A stretch of DNA of 53,827 nucleotides, taken from IMG/VR virus record IMGVR_UViG_3300031694_000009, positions 1-53,827 of that record; one strand, written 5' to 3'. The notes under the pieces are model-generated. The model did no database searches. It was not told the origin of the DNA and saw only the letters and a list, made by a program, of their open reading frames with translations. The position numbers and the translations under genes are program-made. Source of the stretch: a virus (lineage: Duplodnaviria; Caudoviricetes). How positions within the stretch are numbered: the first letter of the stretch is position 1; the number at the start of each line of letters is the position of its first letter. Of the stretch, positions 7,911 through 17,572 are shown piece after piece.

Positions 7911-7928
7911 ATGTTCCACGTGGAACAT
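7911..7928. promoter_or_regulatory. parS centromere-like site
   Basis: perfect palindrome ATGTTCCACGTGGAACAT containing TGTTCCACGTGGAACA, the chromosomal ParB/Spo0J parS type. Confidence 0.8.
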
Positions 7929-7963
7929 TATAAATCGTCGTTACATAACTAACTGGGAACCCT

Positions 7964-9427
7964 ATGAGTAGAGCCACAAATCCTGCTGTTGAGGAAAAGG
8001 CATTGAAGCTTGAATTGCGATTAGCGCAGCTCGAGAAGAATGAAGAATGCCAGAATAATTTTTTAAAATTTGTGAGAGCTATGTGGCCGGAGTTCATTGC
8101 TGGTAGGCATCACAAAATAATCGCGGACAAGTTAGAGAGGGTCGCGAGCGGCGAGTTAAAGAGATTGATTATTAACATGGCACCGCGGCACACGAAGAGT
8201 GAGTTTGCGTCTTTTCTTTTTCCTGCGTGGATGATGGGAAAGAATCCGAAGATGAAGATTATTCAGGCGACGCACACGACGGAGTTGGCTGTTAACTTTG
8301 GACGTAAGACGAAGAACCTTTTGGACGTGGAAGATTACACGAATATATTTCCTGACGTAAAGTTGGCTGCGGACAGTAAGGCCTCGGGCCGTTGGGACAC
8401 GAGCGCGGGTGGTATGTATTATGCCGTGGGCGTTGGGTCGAATTTGGCGGGACGTGGTGGTGATTTAATTATTATTGATGATCCTCACTCGGAGCAGACG
8501 GCGATGTCGGCGGCTGGTTTTGATGATGCTTGGGATTGGTACACGGGCGGTCCTCGTCAGCGGTTACAGCCGGGCGGTTCGATTGTTATTGTACAGACGC
8601 GTTGGTCGGAGAAGGATTTGACGGGTCAGTTATTGCGGTCGATGGCCAAGGACCCTTTGGCAGATCAATGGGAGGTAGTTGAGCTTCCGGCCATCTTTGA
8701 GGACGGCACTCCATGTTGGCCAGAGTATTGGAGTCTTGAAGATTTAGTCGCGGTCCGCGCATCGATACCGACGAGCAAGTGGAACGCGCAGTATCAGCAG
8801 AATCCTACGGGCGAGGAGAATGCGATCATTAAGCGTGAGTGGTGGCGTGTGTGGGATAACCCAAAGGTACCCCAGTTAGAATTTGTGATTCAGAGTTACG
8901 ACACGGCTTTCTCCAAGAAGGAGACGGCAGACTTTAGTGCGATAACGACGTGGGGGGTATTTTATCCTAATGAGGGTGGGAGTGGACCCAATTTAATTTT
9001 ATTAGATAGTAAAAAGGGACGGTGGGATTTTCCTGAGTTGAAGGAAAAGGCATTGGAGTTGTATAATTTTTGGGAGCCGGATACGGTTATTATTGAGGCG
9101 AAGGCGAGCGGTACCCCCTTGACACAAGAATTACGTGCGCAGGGTATCCCGGTTGTAAATTTCACTCCGAGTCGTGGTAACGACAAGTTAACGAGGGTGC
9201 ACAGTGTGTCACCTTTGTTTGAAGCGGGTATGGTTTGGGTACCTGACGAGACTTGGGCGGACGAGTTGGTAGAAGAGGTTGCGGCCTTCCCTAATGGAGA
9301 GTTTGATGACTTGGTGGATAGTATGACTCAGGCGCTCATGCGTTATCGGCAAGGTAATTTCGTTCGGTTGCCCTCAGATGACTGTGAAGATGATGAAATT
9401 TCTGCTAAAGTACGAGTGTATTATTAA
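7964..9427 (+). CDS. terL: terminase large subunit
   Basis: INMAPRHTKS Walker A, IIIDD Walker B, QSYDTA and FDDLVDS nuclease acidic residues. Confidence 0.95.
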   Translation: MSRATNPAVEEKALKLELRLAQLEKNEECQNNFLKFVRAMWPEFIAGRHHKIIADKLERVASGELKRLIINMAPRHTKSEFASFLFPAWMMGKNPKMKIIQATHTTELAVNFGRKTKNLLDVEDYTNIFPDVKLAADSKASGRWDTSAGGMYYAVGVGSNLAGRGGDLIIIDDPHSEQTAMSAAGFDDAWDWYTGGPRQRLQPGGSIVIVQTRWSEKDLTGQLLRSMAKDPLADQWEVVELPAIFEDGTPCWPEYWSLEDLVAVRASIPTSKWNAQYQQNPTGEENAIIKREWWRVWDNPKVPQLEFVIQSYDTAFSKKETADFSAITTWGVFYPNEGGSGPNLILLDSKKGRWDFPELKEKALELYNFWEPDTVIIEAKASGTPLTQELRAQGIPVVNFTPSRGNDKLTRVHSVSPLFEAGMVWVPDETWADELVEEVAAFPNGEFDDLVDSMTQALMRYRQGNFVRLPSDDCEDDEISAKVRVYY

Positions 9428-9451
9428 CCGTATAGAAGGGAAAGCCTGCGT

Positions 9452-10252
9452 ATGAACAACAATGCAGTGAATCTTGGAGCAGGCGGCTTTGTCTCTTATT
9501 ACGAGAACGGCGGAGCCACTGTTGTTTTAGACCCGTCCGTCGAGGAGTATCAAGAGGGCTTTGAGGAGCCTGATTATTCCGAGCAAGGTGTCGGGTCCTT
9601 TTTAGCTGATCAGTTTATGTCGATGGTGTCTGACGCAGAGGGCTTCCCTTCGGACGAGATCCGCAAGTCGGGTCGTACCAACACGCCAAACCGTGACGAA
9701 TATTACCCAGAGGGTCAGACGTTCTTTGAGTCGTTGGCCGATGACTATGGTTATCCCGTCGACCGGTTGGAGGATGGTAGCAGGGGCATTGCGCCTTTAG
9801 CGGGGAAGCACCGCATGGGCGTTCCGCGCTCTGATCTACCGAAGGCACAAGAATTAGAAGACGCACGGGGCCACATGTTGGCATCCGCGATGGCGGCCAG
9901 TGCCTATGGTCCCGAGACAGCGTCGTCGATTGGTAACCTAAACGAATATAAAGACGTGTTAACCCCGTTCGGTAATTCCCAGCATAAGGTAATGGACACG
10001 CGCAACAATGCGGTAGGGATCAGCTTGTTTAAGAAAGCGGGCATTGGTGCTTCTACGGCGCAACTAACCGAAATGGTTGATAAGCGTATTTTCGATCAGT
10101 TGAATGTAATTCTAGGCAGGACACCGGAAGAACGCGAAGCCCCGGCGGCAAACCCGAAGTGGCGTAAAAATTTCCGCAGTCCCAAGGAGGGTCCTGATGT
10201 ATACTTCCCTCGAGAAAAATCCGGTCATTTCGTAAAAGACCACAAATTTTAG
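9452..10252 (+). CDS. hypothetical virion-associated protein with DUF6973/SAA-like helical domain
   Basis: DARGHMLASA...GNLNEY...MDTRNNAVGI motif; N-terminal YENGG. Confidence 0.55.
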   Translation: MNNNAVNLGAGGFVSYYENGGATVVLDPSVEEYQEGFEEPDYSEQGVGSFLADQFMSMVSDAEGFPSDEIRKSGRTNTPNRDEYYPEGQTFFESLADDYGYPVDRLEDGSRGIAPLAGKHRMGVPRSDLPKAQELEDARGHMLASAMAASAYGPETASSIGNLNEYKDVLTPFGNSQHKVMDTRNNAVGISLFKKAGIGASTAQLTEMVDKRIFDQLNVILGRTPEEREAPAANPKWRKNFRSPKEGPDVYFPREKSGHFVKDHKF

Positions 10253-10260
10253 GAGCGTCC

Positions 10261-12711
10261 ATGGCAAACGGGAAAACAAATGCGGGGTTGATGGATAGGA
10301 ACATTCCATCTCAGATGAACATGGAAGACATGTCAGCTGAGGTCGAGCTAGAACTCCCTTCTTCACAAAACGACGTTATGGCAATGCTTGGGGCGGACGA
10401 ACCCGAAGGCATTGAGATCACCACCGAAGACGACGGTGGTGTAGTTATTGATTTTGATCCTACCGATCAACGGGGAGAGAGCCTTGAGTTTGAGGCTAAC
10501 CTTGCGGAAGAGATTCCGGATCGTGAGCTACAGAGGATATCCTCTGAGCTGTTGGGCGAGTTTGATGCTAACAAAGCCAGTCGCCAAGATTGGGAAGAAG
10601 CGTATTCCGACGGCCTCGAGCTATTGGGGTTTAGTCACGAAGAGCGCACACAGCCTTTCCGTGGAGCCTCGGGTGTTACTCATCCTCTATTGGCAGAAGC
10701 CGCAACTCAATTCCAAGCACAAGCGTTTAATGAATTACTTCCTGCGTCGGGTCCTGTTCGGACTGTCGTTATGGGAAAGAACACGTCTGCCAAGACACAG
10801 CAAGCGCACCGCGTTAAACAGTTCATGAACTACTACATTACTAACGTGATGGAAGAGTACACGCCTGACATGGATCAGATGTTGTTCTTCTTGCCGTTAG
10901 CTGGTTCTACTTTTAAAAAGACCTATTACGATGACACGCTCGACCGAGCGGTGTCTAAGTTCGTTCCTGCGGAGAACTTAGTTGTTCCGTATGAGACCGC
11001 GGACCTCGCTACATGTCCTAACATTACCCAAGTGGTTCGCATGTCGTTAAACGATTTGCGTAAACGACAGGTAGCGGGACTGTACTTAGATGTTGAAGTT
11101 ATTCCGGCACAGAAGGAATTGACTTCGCTCACGGGTGAGATGGACCGTATTGAAGGAATTGACCCCAACCAGATTGATTATGACTGCACTATATTAGAGT
11201 GTCATGTTGATTTGGACCTTGAAGGCTACGAAGATATTGACGCGGAAGACGAGTTTACGGGAATTAAAATCCCCTATATTGTCACTATTTCCGAGGACAA
11301 CGGACAGGTTTTGTCTATTCGTCGCAACTATCTCGAAGAGGACATCCTCCGTAAGAAGATCAGTTATTTCACACACTACAAGTTTTTACCGGGCTTCGGC
11401 TTCTACGGTCTAGGCTTGATCCACACTATTGGTGGTTTATCCCGAACGGCGACGTCTGCACTTCGACAGTTGATCGATGCAGGAACGCTCTCTAACCTAC
11501 CCGCTGGTTTCAAGGCCCGCGGACTACGGATCAGGGATGACGACGAGCCGCTACAACCCGGAGAGTTCCGAGATGTGGATGCGCCCGGCGGTGCAATTCG
11601 CGACAGCCTTATGCCTTTACCCTTTAAGGGTCCTGATCAAACATTGTTCCAGCTACTGGGCTTTGTGGTCGATGCCGCACAACGGTTTGCCACGATCACT
11701 GATCTTAAAGTAGGGGACGGTAATCAGCAGGGCGCCGTTGGTACGACGATGGCGATGATGGAACAAGGCGCACGAGTAATGAGCGCGGTCCATAAGCGTT
11801 TGCATTATGCTATGCGTCAAGAATTTAAAATTCTAGCACGAGTGATGTCGGAGAGTTTGCCGCAGGAGTATCCGTATTCGGTTCCCGGCGGTGATGAAAC
11901 GATCATGCGTGAGGATTTTGATGACCGCGTAGACGTTATCCCGGTTAGTAATCCTAATGTGTTTAGTCAAGCACAGCGTATTATGTTGGCTCAGACTAAA
12001 ATGCAGCTCGCGGCACAAGCGCCCGAAATACATAACATTCACGAAGTTTACCGTGATATGTATGAGGCGTTGGGTGTTGCGGACGTGGATCGTATAATGA
12101 AGTCGGTGCCGGTGGAAGACCCCGTACCTATTGATCCCGCGCAAGAGAACATAAATGCGTTAGACATGTTGCCGTTGAAAGCCTTTGAAGGTCAGGATCA
12201 CGAGGCGCATATTAAGGCGCACTTGATTTTTGGCGTCAGTCCTATTGTGGGCGGAATGCCTCCAGTGGCGATGACGGTTCAAAAACATGTTATGGAACAC
12301 GTACAAATTGGAGCACGAGAAAAAGCGGCCGTGGCATACTTGCAGCAGGTTAATCAATCGGGTGGTAAACCCGCCGACGAAGAACAGATGCTAGAAGTCG
12401 AGAGACTGACAGCACAGTTTATTGCGGAAGGCCTACAAGGTGTGAAGGACTTATCGAGTGAACTATCTGGTGCGGGTGCTCCTGATCCTTTAGTTGAATT
12501 GAAAGAGAAAGAGATTCAAGTTAAGGCAGAAGGAGACGCAGCTGACAACCAGATTGATCAAGCTAAGCTTCAGCTAGACGAACAGAACCAAGCAATGCGC
12601 TCTGAACAATTCGGTGAGCGGATCGCGGCACAAGAAAGACAAACATCAGCTCGTATCCAAGCCGCGATGGATAGAGAACTTGTTAAACAACAGGATCGAG
12701 GAGATTCATAA
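10261..12711 (+). CDS. portal protein
   Basis: 816 aa after terL; HPLLAEAATQFQA, GSTFKK, GFYGLGLIH, LIDAGTLSNLP podovirus portal motifs. Confidence 0.9.
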   Translation: MANGKTNAGLMDRNIPSQMNMEDMSAEVELELPSSQNDVMAMLGADEPEGIEITTEDDGGVVIDFDPTDQRGESLEFEANLAEEIPDRELQRISSELLGEFDANKASRQDWEEAYSDGLELLGFSHEERTQPFRGASGVTHPLLAEAATQFQAQAFNELLPASGPVRTVVMGKNTSAKTQQAHRVKQFMNYYITNVMEEYTPDMDQMLFFLPLAGSTFKKTYYDDTLDRAVSKFVPAENLVVPYETADLATCPNITQVVRMSLNDLRKRQVAGLYLDVEVIPAQKELTSLTGEMDRIEGIDPNQIDYDCTILECHVDLDLEGYEDIDAEDEFTGIKIPYIVTISEDNGQVLSIRRNYLEEDILRKKISYFTHYKFLPGFGFYGLGLIHTIGGLSRTATSALRQLIDAGTLSNLPAGFKARGLRIRDDDEPLQPGEFRDVDAPGGAIRDSLMPLPFKGPDQTLFQLLGFVVDAAQRFATITDLKVGDGNQQGAVGTTMAMMEQGARVMSAVHKRLHYAMRQEFKILARVMSESLPQEYPYSVPGGDETIMREDFDDRVDVIPVSNPNVFSQAQRIMLAQTKMQLAAQAPEIHNIHEVYRDMYEALGVADVDRIMKSVPVEDPVPIDPAQENINALDMLPLKAFEGQDHEAHIKAHLIFGVSPIVGGMPPVAMTVQKHVMEHVQIGAREKAAVAYLQQVNQSGGKPADEEQMLEVERLTAQFIAEGLQGVKDLSSELSGAGAPDPLVELKEKEIQVKAEGDAADNQIDQAKLQLDEQNQAMRSEQFGERIAAQERQTSARIQAAMDRELVKQQDRGDS

Positions 12712-12929
12712 TGAAAGATCGTAAAATAAAAGTAAACGGGTCTGCGCCCGGCAAGACACCAAAGGCGGTTGGCTACGCCGACATTAAAGGCCAAGGCCGT
12801 GTTCCTTATGGAAAAACAGCTCCGGCGCCCTGCGCTGGTGGTCTTACGGATTTTGATAACACGTCTCGTAAAGTAAAGACACGTGGCACGGGTGCCGCGA
12901 CTCAAGGCTGTTACCACATGGGTTACTAA
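12711..12929 (+). CDS. small basic protein
   Basis: 72 aa, K/R-rich, TRGTGAAT C-terminus; translational coupling. Confidence 0.75.
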   Translation: MKDRKIKVNGSAPGKTPKAVGYADIKGQGRVPYGKTAPAPCAGGLTDFDNTSRKVKTRGTGAATQGCYHMGY

Positions 12930-12930
12930 G

Positions 12931-13053
12931 GTGCTTTTGAAAAAGTGTCCTAAAAATAAAACTAAGCGTAAGGTGGTTAAAAAGCCAAAGGCGGGAGCGA
13001 TTAAAAGCTTTAGCCCTATAGCGAGACCGCAGCGGTTTGATGGGGTGTACTAA
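12931..13053 (+). CDS. 40-aa basic peptide (...FSPIARPQRFDGVY), below cutoff
   Basis: Hand translation; fills the gap exactly; TAATG overlap with next gene. Confidence 0.55.
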   Translation: MLLKKCPKNKTKRKVVKKPKAGAIKSFSPIARPQRFDGVY

Positions 13054-13820
13054 TGTATCTTAATTTTGATAACATAAACTTTGATCCGGGTGCTGTTAAT
13101 GACCTAGGCTTAGACGAGGGACCTCCCGCGCCAGCCCCGCAGGGACTACCGCAAGTTCCCCCCGTACCACCACAAGTTTCCCCGGGACAGCCCGAAGTTT
13201 CCCCGGGACAGCCCGGAGACAACCTCAGGAACAGTCCCGGTGCTAGTATGGAAGGGTTTGATTTCTCGACTCTTCCGAACTACAACGATCCACCCGGGAG
13301 CTATGGGGATGTGCTTACGCAGGAGGGGCCCTACTATAACGGGGACCCTGAGGGCAACACCGCCATCGGTTATGATCGCGGCTTTGGGCGTTTTTCTTTC
13401 GGTGGAGGCCAAACTGGCGGCACCTATGATGCCGAGGGTTACAACGAGCACGGAGTTAACTCCGGGGGACTTAGCCGTTCCGAACAAGAGAGGGTAAATC
13501 AGTTCATGGCGGAAACCGAAGAAAACGGGTGGGATTTTGAAAACCCTTTTTTCGACGTTTATGGCGGAGGTGGAGGCCCACTAGGCGGCAGCTTCGGGGG
13601 CGGTTTTGTCCCCGGAAGTGAAGGCGGCCTACCCGGGCTCCCCGTAACCCCGTGGGAAACCGTCGGGGACCTAGGTCCGCAGAAGGGAGGCGACACTTCT
13701 TCGAACGCCGCTACTGACTACGCATGGAGTCCCCCTGCAGGACCGCCTGCGAATCCAAACCCCTTTGACCGACCTCCTCCCGAGGAAGGCGGGATAGCGA
13801 CATTAGCCGGGGGTGGCTAA
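13053..13820 (+). CDS. Gly/Pro/acidic low-complexity protein
   Basis: 255 aa; 21-nt tandem duplication (VSPGQP x2); C-terminal GGIATL. Confidence 0.65.
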   Translation: MYLNFDNINFDPGAVNDLGLDEGPPAPAPQGLPQVPPVPPQVSPGQPEVSPGQPGDNLRNSPGASMEGFDFSTLPNYNDPPGSYGDVLTQEGPYYNGDPEGNTAIGYDRGFGRFSFGGGQTGGTYDAEGYNEHGVNSGGLSRSEQERVNQFMAETEENGWDFENPFFDVYGGGGGPLGGSFGGGFVPGSEGGLPGLPVTPWETVGDLGPQKGGDTSSNAATDYAWSPPAGPPANPNPFDRPPPEEGGIATLAGGG

Positions 13821-13823
13821 GTA

Positions 13824-14207
13824 TTGTTTAGCCTAAGTAAAAATAGCAAAAAGAACGTAACCGGCGTAGACGCCAGACTCACTGAAATTGTTGAGCTGGC
13901 CCTTACCCTGTCTAATGTTGATTTTGGTATCCCTAGCACGGGTGGCTTGCGAACCGCCGAAACGCAAGCCCGGTTGTTTGAAGAGGGTGCTTCAAAAAAA
14001 GACGGCGTTAACCACGTGTCCTACCATCAATCAGGCAAAGCACTCGATGTGTACGCTTACGTTGACGGGAAAGCCTCTTGGGATAAATTAGACCTCGCGC
14101 TTGTGGCCGCAGCTATGCTACAGGCCGCAGCGCAATTGGGTCATCCGTTGAAGTGGGGTGGCCTGTGGAAGTCATGGCAGGATTACCCGCATTTTGAATT
14201 AAGGTGA
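13824..14207 (+). CDS. endolysin, peptidase M15 (L-Ala-D-Glu peptidase)
   Basis: GLRT..Q, SYHQSGKALD, WGGLW...DYPHFEL zinc-peptidase motifs. Confidence 0.9.
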   Translation: MFSLSKNSKKNVTGVDARLTEIVELALTLSNVDFGIPSTGGLRTAETQARLFEEGASKKDGVNHVSYHQSGKALDVYAYVDGKASWDKLDLALVAAAMLQAAAQLGHPLKWGGLWKSWQDYPHFELR

Positions 14208-14210
14208 GAT

Positions 14211-14654
14211 ATGAACCCGTTTATTAGTTTTTTACGTCCTATTGTCAATTTAGGTAGCACTTACCTTGAGGGTAGGAATCAGGTTGCGATGGCGAAATCC
14301 GCCGCAGCTATTGTAATGATTGAAGCCGAGGCCGACGTTAAAGTGGCCGGCGCCATAGCCGCGCACAAGTTGGCGGATAGCGGACAGACGCAAGACTTTA
14401 ATTTAGACCTTGTCGCCATGCAGCAGATGAACAAGTCCTACCTTGATGAGGTAATGATTGGTTTACTGTTGATCCCTATTGCTGCCTCTTTTGTAGGGTA
14501 TCAAGACGAAGTCACCTCCGCCTTTGAATCCTTTTCCGCCATGCCCGACTGGTACCAGTACCTAGTTATTGGTGTGTATGTGGTTAAATTCGGGATGCGC
14601 GGGTTACTGTCTAAGGTTACCACGGGCCGACTACGCGCCCTGAAGCTTAAATAG
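14211..14654 (+). CDS. putative holin
   Basis: hydrophobic segments, SYLDE...MPDWYQYL pattern, adjacent to endolysin. Confidence 0.7.
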   Translation: MNPFISFLRPIVNLGSTYLEGRNQVAMAKSAAAIVMIEAEADVKVAGAIAAHKLADSGQTQDFNLDLVAMQQMNKSYLDEVMIGLLLIPIAASFVGYQDEVTSAFESFSAMPDWYQYLVIGVYVVKFGMRGLLSKVTTGRLRALKLK

Positions 14655-14749
14655 AAAACATCGCATATTTCTTTATTTTGTTCTAGCCCCTCCCATATGA
14701 GTTGTGATACGATTATATCCAACAATGTTTGATTATATGCGAGGAGTAG

Positions 14750-14944
14750 ATGGACGAAATTCATGTGGCCGAAGCCGTTTTTAGAATCGTGAGAGACAGG
14801 CGGCAAGGTGTAATAGACCAGATGATTTACGGAAACGTAAAGTCAATGGAACAATATCGTGGGTTAATGGGTAATTTAGAAACCCTTGCTCACGTGGAAC
14901 AGGAACTCAAGAGCCTGCTAGATAAACAGGAGCAATCATTATGA
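14750..14944 (+). CDS. small conserved head-module protein
   Basis: GAGGAG RBS; position before GroES. Confidence 0.75.
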   Translation: MDEIHVAEAVFRIVRDRRQGVIDQMIYGNVKSMEQYRGLMGNLETLAHVEQELKSLLDKQEQSL

Positions 14945-15492
14945 TTAGCGAAGAAGAACAGAAATTTGACTTGAAAATAGCTGCCACCCCTACCAAAGTG
15001 GTTTACAAGAAAACCGCAAAGGAGCTTGCTAACGAAGTAAGGGCCAGCACCAAAGCAAAAGAAGCTGCGGAAAAGGAAAAAGAACAAGCACAAAGTCTTG
15101 CCGACGCTTACGTGGCGAAACCACGCCTTAATCCCGACTCTATCGGGAAAACTCTCTTAGACAGGATGCCTAACCCTACGGGCTGGCGGATTTTGATCTT
15201 ACCCTACCAAGGCAAAGGCCAAACCGCGGGCGGTATTTTTCTACCAACTGAAACGGTGGAAAAAAGCCAAATCTCTACCCAAGTCGGTTATGTACTTAAA
15301 GTGGGCCCTCTGGCCTACAAAGACACCGACAAATTCCCAACTGGAGCATGGTGCGAAGAAAAGCAGTGGGTTATGTTTGCCCGTTATGCGGGTTCGCGCT
15401 TCCAGATAGACGGGGGAGAAGTCCGAATACTTAATGACGACGAGATACTGTCGACCATTTTGGACCCCGAAGACATTCATCAATTAAATTAA
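14941..15492 (+). CDS. groES: GroES-like co-chaperonin
   Basis: PTGWRILI...TAGGIFLP...VLKVGP...FARYAG...ILNDDEIL Cpn10 motif; N-terminal extension. Confidence 0.9.
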   Translation: MISEEEQKFDLKIAATPTKVVYKKTAKELANEVRASTKAKEAAEKEKEQAQSLADAYVAKPRLNPDSIGKTLLDRMPNPTGWRILILPYQGKGQTAGGIFLPTETVEKSQISTQVGYVLKVGPLAYKDTDKFPTGAWCEEKQWVMFARYAGSRFQIDGGEVRILNDDEILSTILDPEDIHQLN

Positions 15493-15502
15493 GGAGAGTT
15501 AT

Positions 15503-16387
15503 ATGTCTGACAACAATACTGTCGAACTAGACGTCGGCGATGCGGAAGAAGTAGAAATCGAGGTTACGGAAAGTCCCGGGGCCGAAGAAGAAAGTTCTAC
15601 TGACGCGGAAGATCAGTTTTCCAAAGCTGAGAATTCCACGCAAAAGCGCATTAGCCGTCTTACGAAAAAAATGCGAGAAGCGGAGCGCCGTGAGCAAGAA
15701 GCTATTAAGTATGCTCAAGCGGTTCAAGGCGAATCGAACAACCTAAAACAACGGATGTCTAGCTTAGACACCAGCTATGTCGCGGAGTATAGCAACCGCG
15801 TTAACACACAGATATCCCAAGCGGAAGCCAGCCTAACTCGCGCCATTGAGTTAGGGGACAGCCAAGCAACTGTTGAGGCGCAACGCGCTCTTACCAGTTT
15901 AGCCATCCAGCAGGACCGTGCTGAGCAGGCAAAGCTGCAAACGCAGCGTCAGCAACAGCAGGCGCAAGCGGCACAACAGCAGGAAGAGGCCGCGCAACAG
16001 CACCAAGCTCGCCAGCCAATGCCTGCGCAACAGCCGAAAAGACCCGACCCTAAAGCAGAGGCTTGGGCCGTGCGCAATAGTTGGTTTGGCTCAGACCAAG
16101 CAATGACATATGCAGCCTTTGGGTTACACAAGAAATTAGTTGAAGACGAAGGGTTTGACCCGAGCGGCGAAGAATACTATACTGAACTAGATCGCCGTAT
16201 TCTGGACAAGTTCGGGAACGGCGCAAACGGCACCAACAGACGGCCCGCTCAGACAGTCGTTGGCGCTTCAAGAACACCATCTGGGCGCAGTAGTGGGAGA
16301 AAGGTTCGACTCACCCCGAGCCAAGTCGCAATTGCGAAAAAATTGGGTGTGCCGCTTGAAGAATATGCGAAATACGTGAAGGAGTAA
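15503..16387 (+). CDS. capsid scaffolding protein
   Basis: acidic N-terminus, coiled coil, C-terminal LTPSQVAIAKKLGVPLEEYAK. Confidence 0.75.
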   Translation: MSDNNTVELDVGDAEEVEIEVTESPGAEEESSTDAEDQFSKAENSTQKRISRLTKKMREAERREQEAIKYAQAVQGESNNLKQRMSSLDTSYVAEYSNRVNTQISQAEASLTRAIELGDSQATVEAQRALTSLAIQQDRAEQAKLQTQRQQQQAQAAQQQEEAAQQHQARQPMPAQQPKRPDPKAEAWAVRNSWFGSDQAMTYAAFGLHKKLVEDEGFDPSGEEYYTELDRRILDKFGNGANGTNRRPAQTVVGASRTPSGRSSGRKVRLTPSQVAIAKKLGVPLEEYAKYVKE

Positions 16388-16393
16388 AAGAAA

Positions 16394-16882
16394 ATGACTG
16401 AACAAGACAATCAGAAAGGTAGTTCGGCTATGAACCGTACTTCTCGCGCTAACCAAACTCGGGACAAACAGGCTGTTCGTAAGCCTTGGGCTCCCCCGTC
16501 TATGCTAGATGCACCACCTGCCCCCGATGGCTTTAAGCATCGTTGGATTCGCGCCGAAACGCGTGGTTTTGATGATACGAAGAACATCAGTGCTAAATTA
16601 AGGGAAGGTTATGAGCTGGTCCGAAAGGACGAGTACCCAGACTTTGAAAGCCCTACGATAGAAACAGGTAAATATGAAGGTGTTTTTGGAGTTGGCGGAT
16701 TGCTTCTCGCTCGGATTCCGGTCGAAACTGTGAACGAAAGGACTAATTACTTCGCGGGTCGAAGTAAAGACCAGATGGACGCAGTGGATCACGACATGAT
16801 GAGAGAGAATGCACATTCATCGATGACGATCAGCAAACCTGACCGTCAAACTCGTGTAACTTTCGGCGGCCCACAAAAATAA
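16394..16882 (+). CDS. conserved head-module protein
   Basis: WAPPSMLDAPPAPDGFKHRWIR motif; between scaffold and capsid genes. Confidence 0.8.
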   Translation: MTEQDNQKGSSAMNRTSRANQTRDKQAVRKPWAPPSMLDAPPAPDGFKHRWIRAETRGFDDTKNISAKLREGYELVRKDEYPDFESPTIETGKYEGVFGVGGLLLARIPVETVNERTNYFAGRSKDQMDAVDHDMMRENAHSSMTISKPDRQTRVTFGGPQK

Positions 16883-16912
16883 AAGGGCTGCCTCTTTTAG
16901 GAGAAAACTACA

Positions 16913-17560
16913 ATGGCAAATCTAAATACTGCCTACGGTCTTCGCCCTATTGGGTTAGTTGGCAGCGGTACTAATTCTACTGGGGTAACTCAGTATGAAA
17001 TCGCTTCCAACAACACCAATGTGATTTATCAGTATGCTATATGTGTACCGCTTGCCGCGGGAACCATTGATCAGGCTGGTAGCACAGCAGGCGGCACAAC
17101 GCCTGCACTTGGTGTCCTGATGGGCGTAGAATACGTTGACTCGGTTTCAAAGAAACCAACTTGGGTAAGCTACTGGCCCGGTTCTGGCTCTGTAAGCGTG
17201 GATACTAATCATCCTGTAAAAGCTTTCGTTGCTGACGACCCCAACCAGTTGTTTAAAGTCGCGTCTGACGCTTCACTGACTGATCGTGCTACGGCACAAG
17301 CAGCAGTGTTCTCGAACGCATCGTTGGGAACTTCCGCTCGAGCTGGCTCGAGTATAGGTAACTCAACATCCGCCTTGGGCGTGTCCACAATTGCAGTTAC
17401 GGCAACTTTGCCGTTGCGTATTGTAGGCATACAGGACGACGCAGGAAACACCGACTTCGCAGCCGCTGGTATCCCGCTAATCGTTCGTATCAACGCTCAT
17501 TACAATTCCAACACAAGCCGCTTCGATTCGCAGACTACTGCGACATCGTTAGGCCTATAG
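16913..17560 (+). CDS. putative capsid decoration/minor capsid protein
   Basis: MAN...YGLRP, VADDPNQLF; directly upstream of the major capsid gene. Confidence 0.65.
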   Translation: MANLNTAYGLRPIGLVGSGTNSTGVTQYEIASNNTNVIYQYAICVPLAAGTIDQAGSTAGGTTPALGVLMGVEYVDSVSKKPTWVSYWPGSGSVSVDTNHPVKAFVADDPNQLFKVASDASLTDRATAQAAVFSNASLGTSARAGSSIGNSTSALGVSTIAVTATLPLRIVGIQDDAGNTDFAAAGIPLIVRINAHYNSNTSRFDSQTTATSLGL

Positions 17561-17572
17561 GAGGGTTAGACC

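Noticed and set aside
7257-7971. 185-aa ORFs on both strands
   Set aside because: Products of GC-rich repeats crossing a terminator; no RBS; Arg/Pro/Gly nonsense composition
14886-14901. Second parS-like site TTGCTCACGTGGAACA
   Set aside because: Only a half-site, inside coding sequence (AHVEQ)
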